Assembly: GCA_038844785.1 (NCBI GenBank)
Contig: JAWBRA010000031.1
Location: 1-16,749, forward strand
Origin: Candidatus Caldarchaeum sp.
GTDB lineage: Archaea; Thermoproteota; Nitrososphaeria_A; Caldarchaeales; Caldarchaeaceae
Length of the DNA stretch: 16,749 nt
Direction: 5' to 3'
Shown here: positions 15,917 through 16,749 of the stretch, in pieces
Layout of the letters: each line of letters starts with the position of its first letter
Numbering within the stretch: position 1 is the stretch's first letter
Program-made: the position numbers and the translations under genes
Notes under the pieces: model-generated
Database searches by the model: none
Seen by the model: only the letters and a program-made list of their open reading frames with translations
What the model was told of the DNA's origin: nothing

Positions 15917-15983
15917 GGTGTGCTAATACGTAAACAAATTCATCCCTAGTTGTTGATGCTTTTCCCTCACACTGCCGGCTGTA

Positions 15984-16340
15984 TTATCCGTTTTCCAACC
16001 TTATTTCCAAGCCAAGGCCATCCAATTTTTTGAACTCCTTGTCTGAAGTAGCCAGCGTCAGGTTTTTTGCTTTAGCGGATGCTGCTATAAGCAGGTCGGC
16101 TTCTGGAACTTTCAAACCCCGGCCCCTTAAAGCATCGTATATGTCGCAGTACTCCATTATGACCTCGTTGTCCAACGGTATGATTTCGTATACCTTTTCT
16201 AGACTTGTTTTCACTTGATTACGTTTCTCCGCCGCTACTCCTCTCAAAACCTCTACCAACGTAATGACGCTGATACATCCTTCTATAAGCTTGCCTTTCT
16301 GCAGCGATTTTATCAGAATGCTCGTATCTAACAACATCAT
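15984..16340 (-). CDS. vapC: PIN-domain VapC toxin
   Basis: MLLDTSILI, SVITLVEV, PEADLLIAASA, LATSDKEF; ATGA overlap with the antitoxin. Confidence 0.93.
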   Translation of the reverse strand: MMLLDTSILIKSLQKGKLIEGCISVITLVEVLRGVAAEKRNQVKTSLEKVYEIIPLDNEVIMEYCDIYDALRGRGLKVPEADLLIAASAKAKNLTLATSDKEFKKLDGLGLEIRLENG

Positions 16341-16564
16341 CGCAACGTGAACTCCTTTCTGAAAGCCTTAGACTCCTCGAGTATTCTTTCAAGCTCTTCT
16401 TTAGACAAGGTTTTCCTGAGCCTTTCGAACGCCTCCAGCTTTCGCCTTCTTCTAGCTTCCGAATACAGCTGTAGCAGGTATTCTCCCCAATCGCTGTCTC
16501 CCTTGTTTCTTTTAAGGATTTCCTTTACTCGCTTCGGAACAGAAATAGTTGAATAATTATTCAA
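16337..16564 (-). CDS. vapB: Antitoxin (archaeal VapB, 'YSTISVP..VK..L..KGD..W' type)
   Basis: 75 aa, TTG start with GGTGA RBS; TTATAT at 16603-16598; translationally coupled to vapC. Confidence 0.88.
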   Translation of the reverse strand: MNNYSTISVPKRVKEILKRNKGDSDWGEYLLQLYSEARRRRKLEAFERLRKTLSKEELERILEESKAFRKEFTLR

Positions 16565-16623
16565 TTATGTCACCAATAACTACATTGCACTGGCTTGATA
16601 TAAGCGTTATGCTTACCCACAAG

Positions 16624-16749
16624 GGCTCTGTTAACTTAAGCCATCTTCATCACCCCTTTTATGCTGTTTATCAGGTGTAGCGTCTCTGGCTGGGTGATTA
16701 TGTGGATTAGGTTCAGCCATTTCCATACATGCTCTAGAATGCATGGTTT
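16624..16749 (-). mobile_element. Right end of a second IS6-family element (continues beyond window)
   Basis: Terminus GGCTCTGTTAACTT (16624-16637) matches the 3366 end GGTACTGTCAACTT at 11/14 and resembles IS6 GGC(A/T)CTGTT ends. A minus-strand ORF stops inside it. Confidence 0.7.
16636..16749 (-). CDS. tnp: C-terminal 37 aa of a probable IS6 transposase (partial)
   Basis: Open frame KPCILEHVWKWLNLIHIITQPETLHLINSIKGVMKMA* with TAA at 16638-16636 inside the TIR; 'C.LEHV..WLNL' resembles archaeal IS6 transposase C-termini. Confidence 0.6.
   Translation of the reverse strand, partial: KPCILEHVWKWLNLIHIITQPETLHLINSIKGVMKMA

Noticed and set aside
3366-16749. Canonical IS6 composite transposon
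   Set aside because: The two elements differ in sequence, are oppositely oriented, and show no target-site duplication.
1-16749. CRISPR array, tRNA or rRNA genes
   Set aside because: No regularly spaced direct repeats, cloverleaf or rRNA-like segments were seen by eye; a covariance-model scan was not possible.

Overview
Archaeal-type window, inferred from TATA/BRE promoters, GGTGA-type RBSs, apparently leaderless genes, a membrane-anchored ABC binding protein, and archaeal VapBC and IS6 types. The centre (4105-15234) is an intact ~11 kb catabolic cluster of two convergent units. The + strand unit holds an MmsA-type CoA-acylating aldehyde dehydrogenase and a DUF1185/AA_synth protein. The - strand unit holds a molybdenum-hydroxylase large subunit, a clear enamidase homolog, an LLM-family (probably F420-dependent) oxidoreductase and a Liv-type ABC importer. 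Together these suggest a variant archaeal nicotinate/pyridine-ring degradation route in which the LLM enzyme may replace ferredoxin-dependent 6-hydroxynicotinate reductase; this is inference. Both flanks are decaying defence/mobile regions. They contain three full-length VapBC pairs, decayed TA genes, a truncated restriction-endonuclease-like gene, a degraded DUF3782-like PD-(D/E)XK gene, one internally deleted IS6 with both TIRs, and the 3' end of a second IS6 at the right edge. Family assignments come from motif recognition and memory, not database searches.
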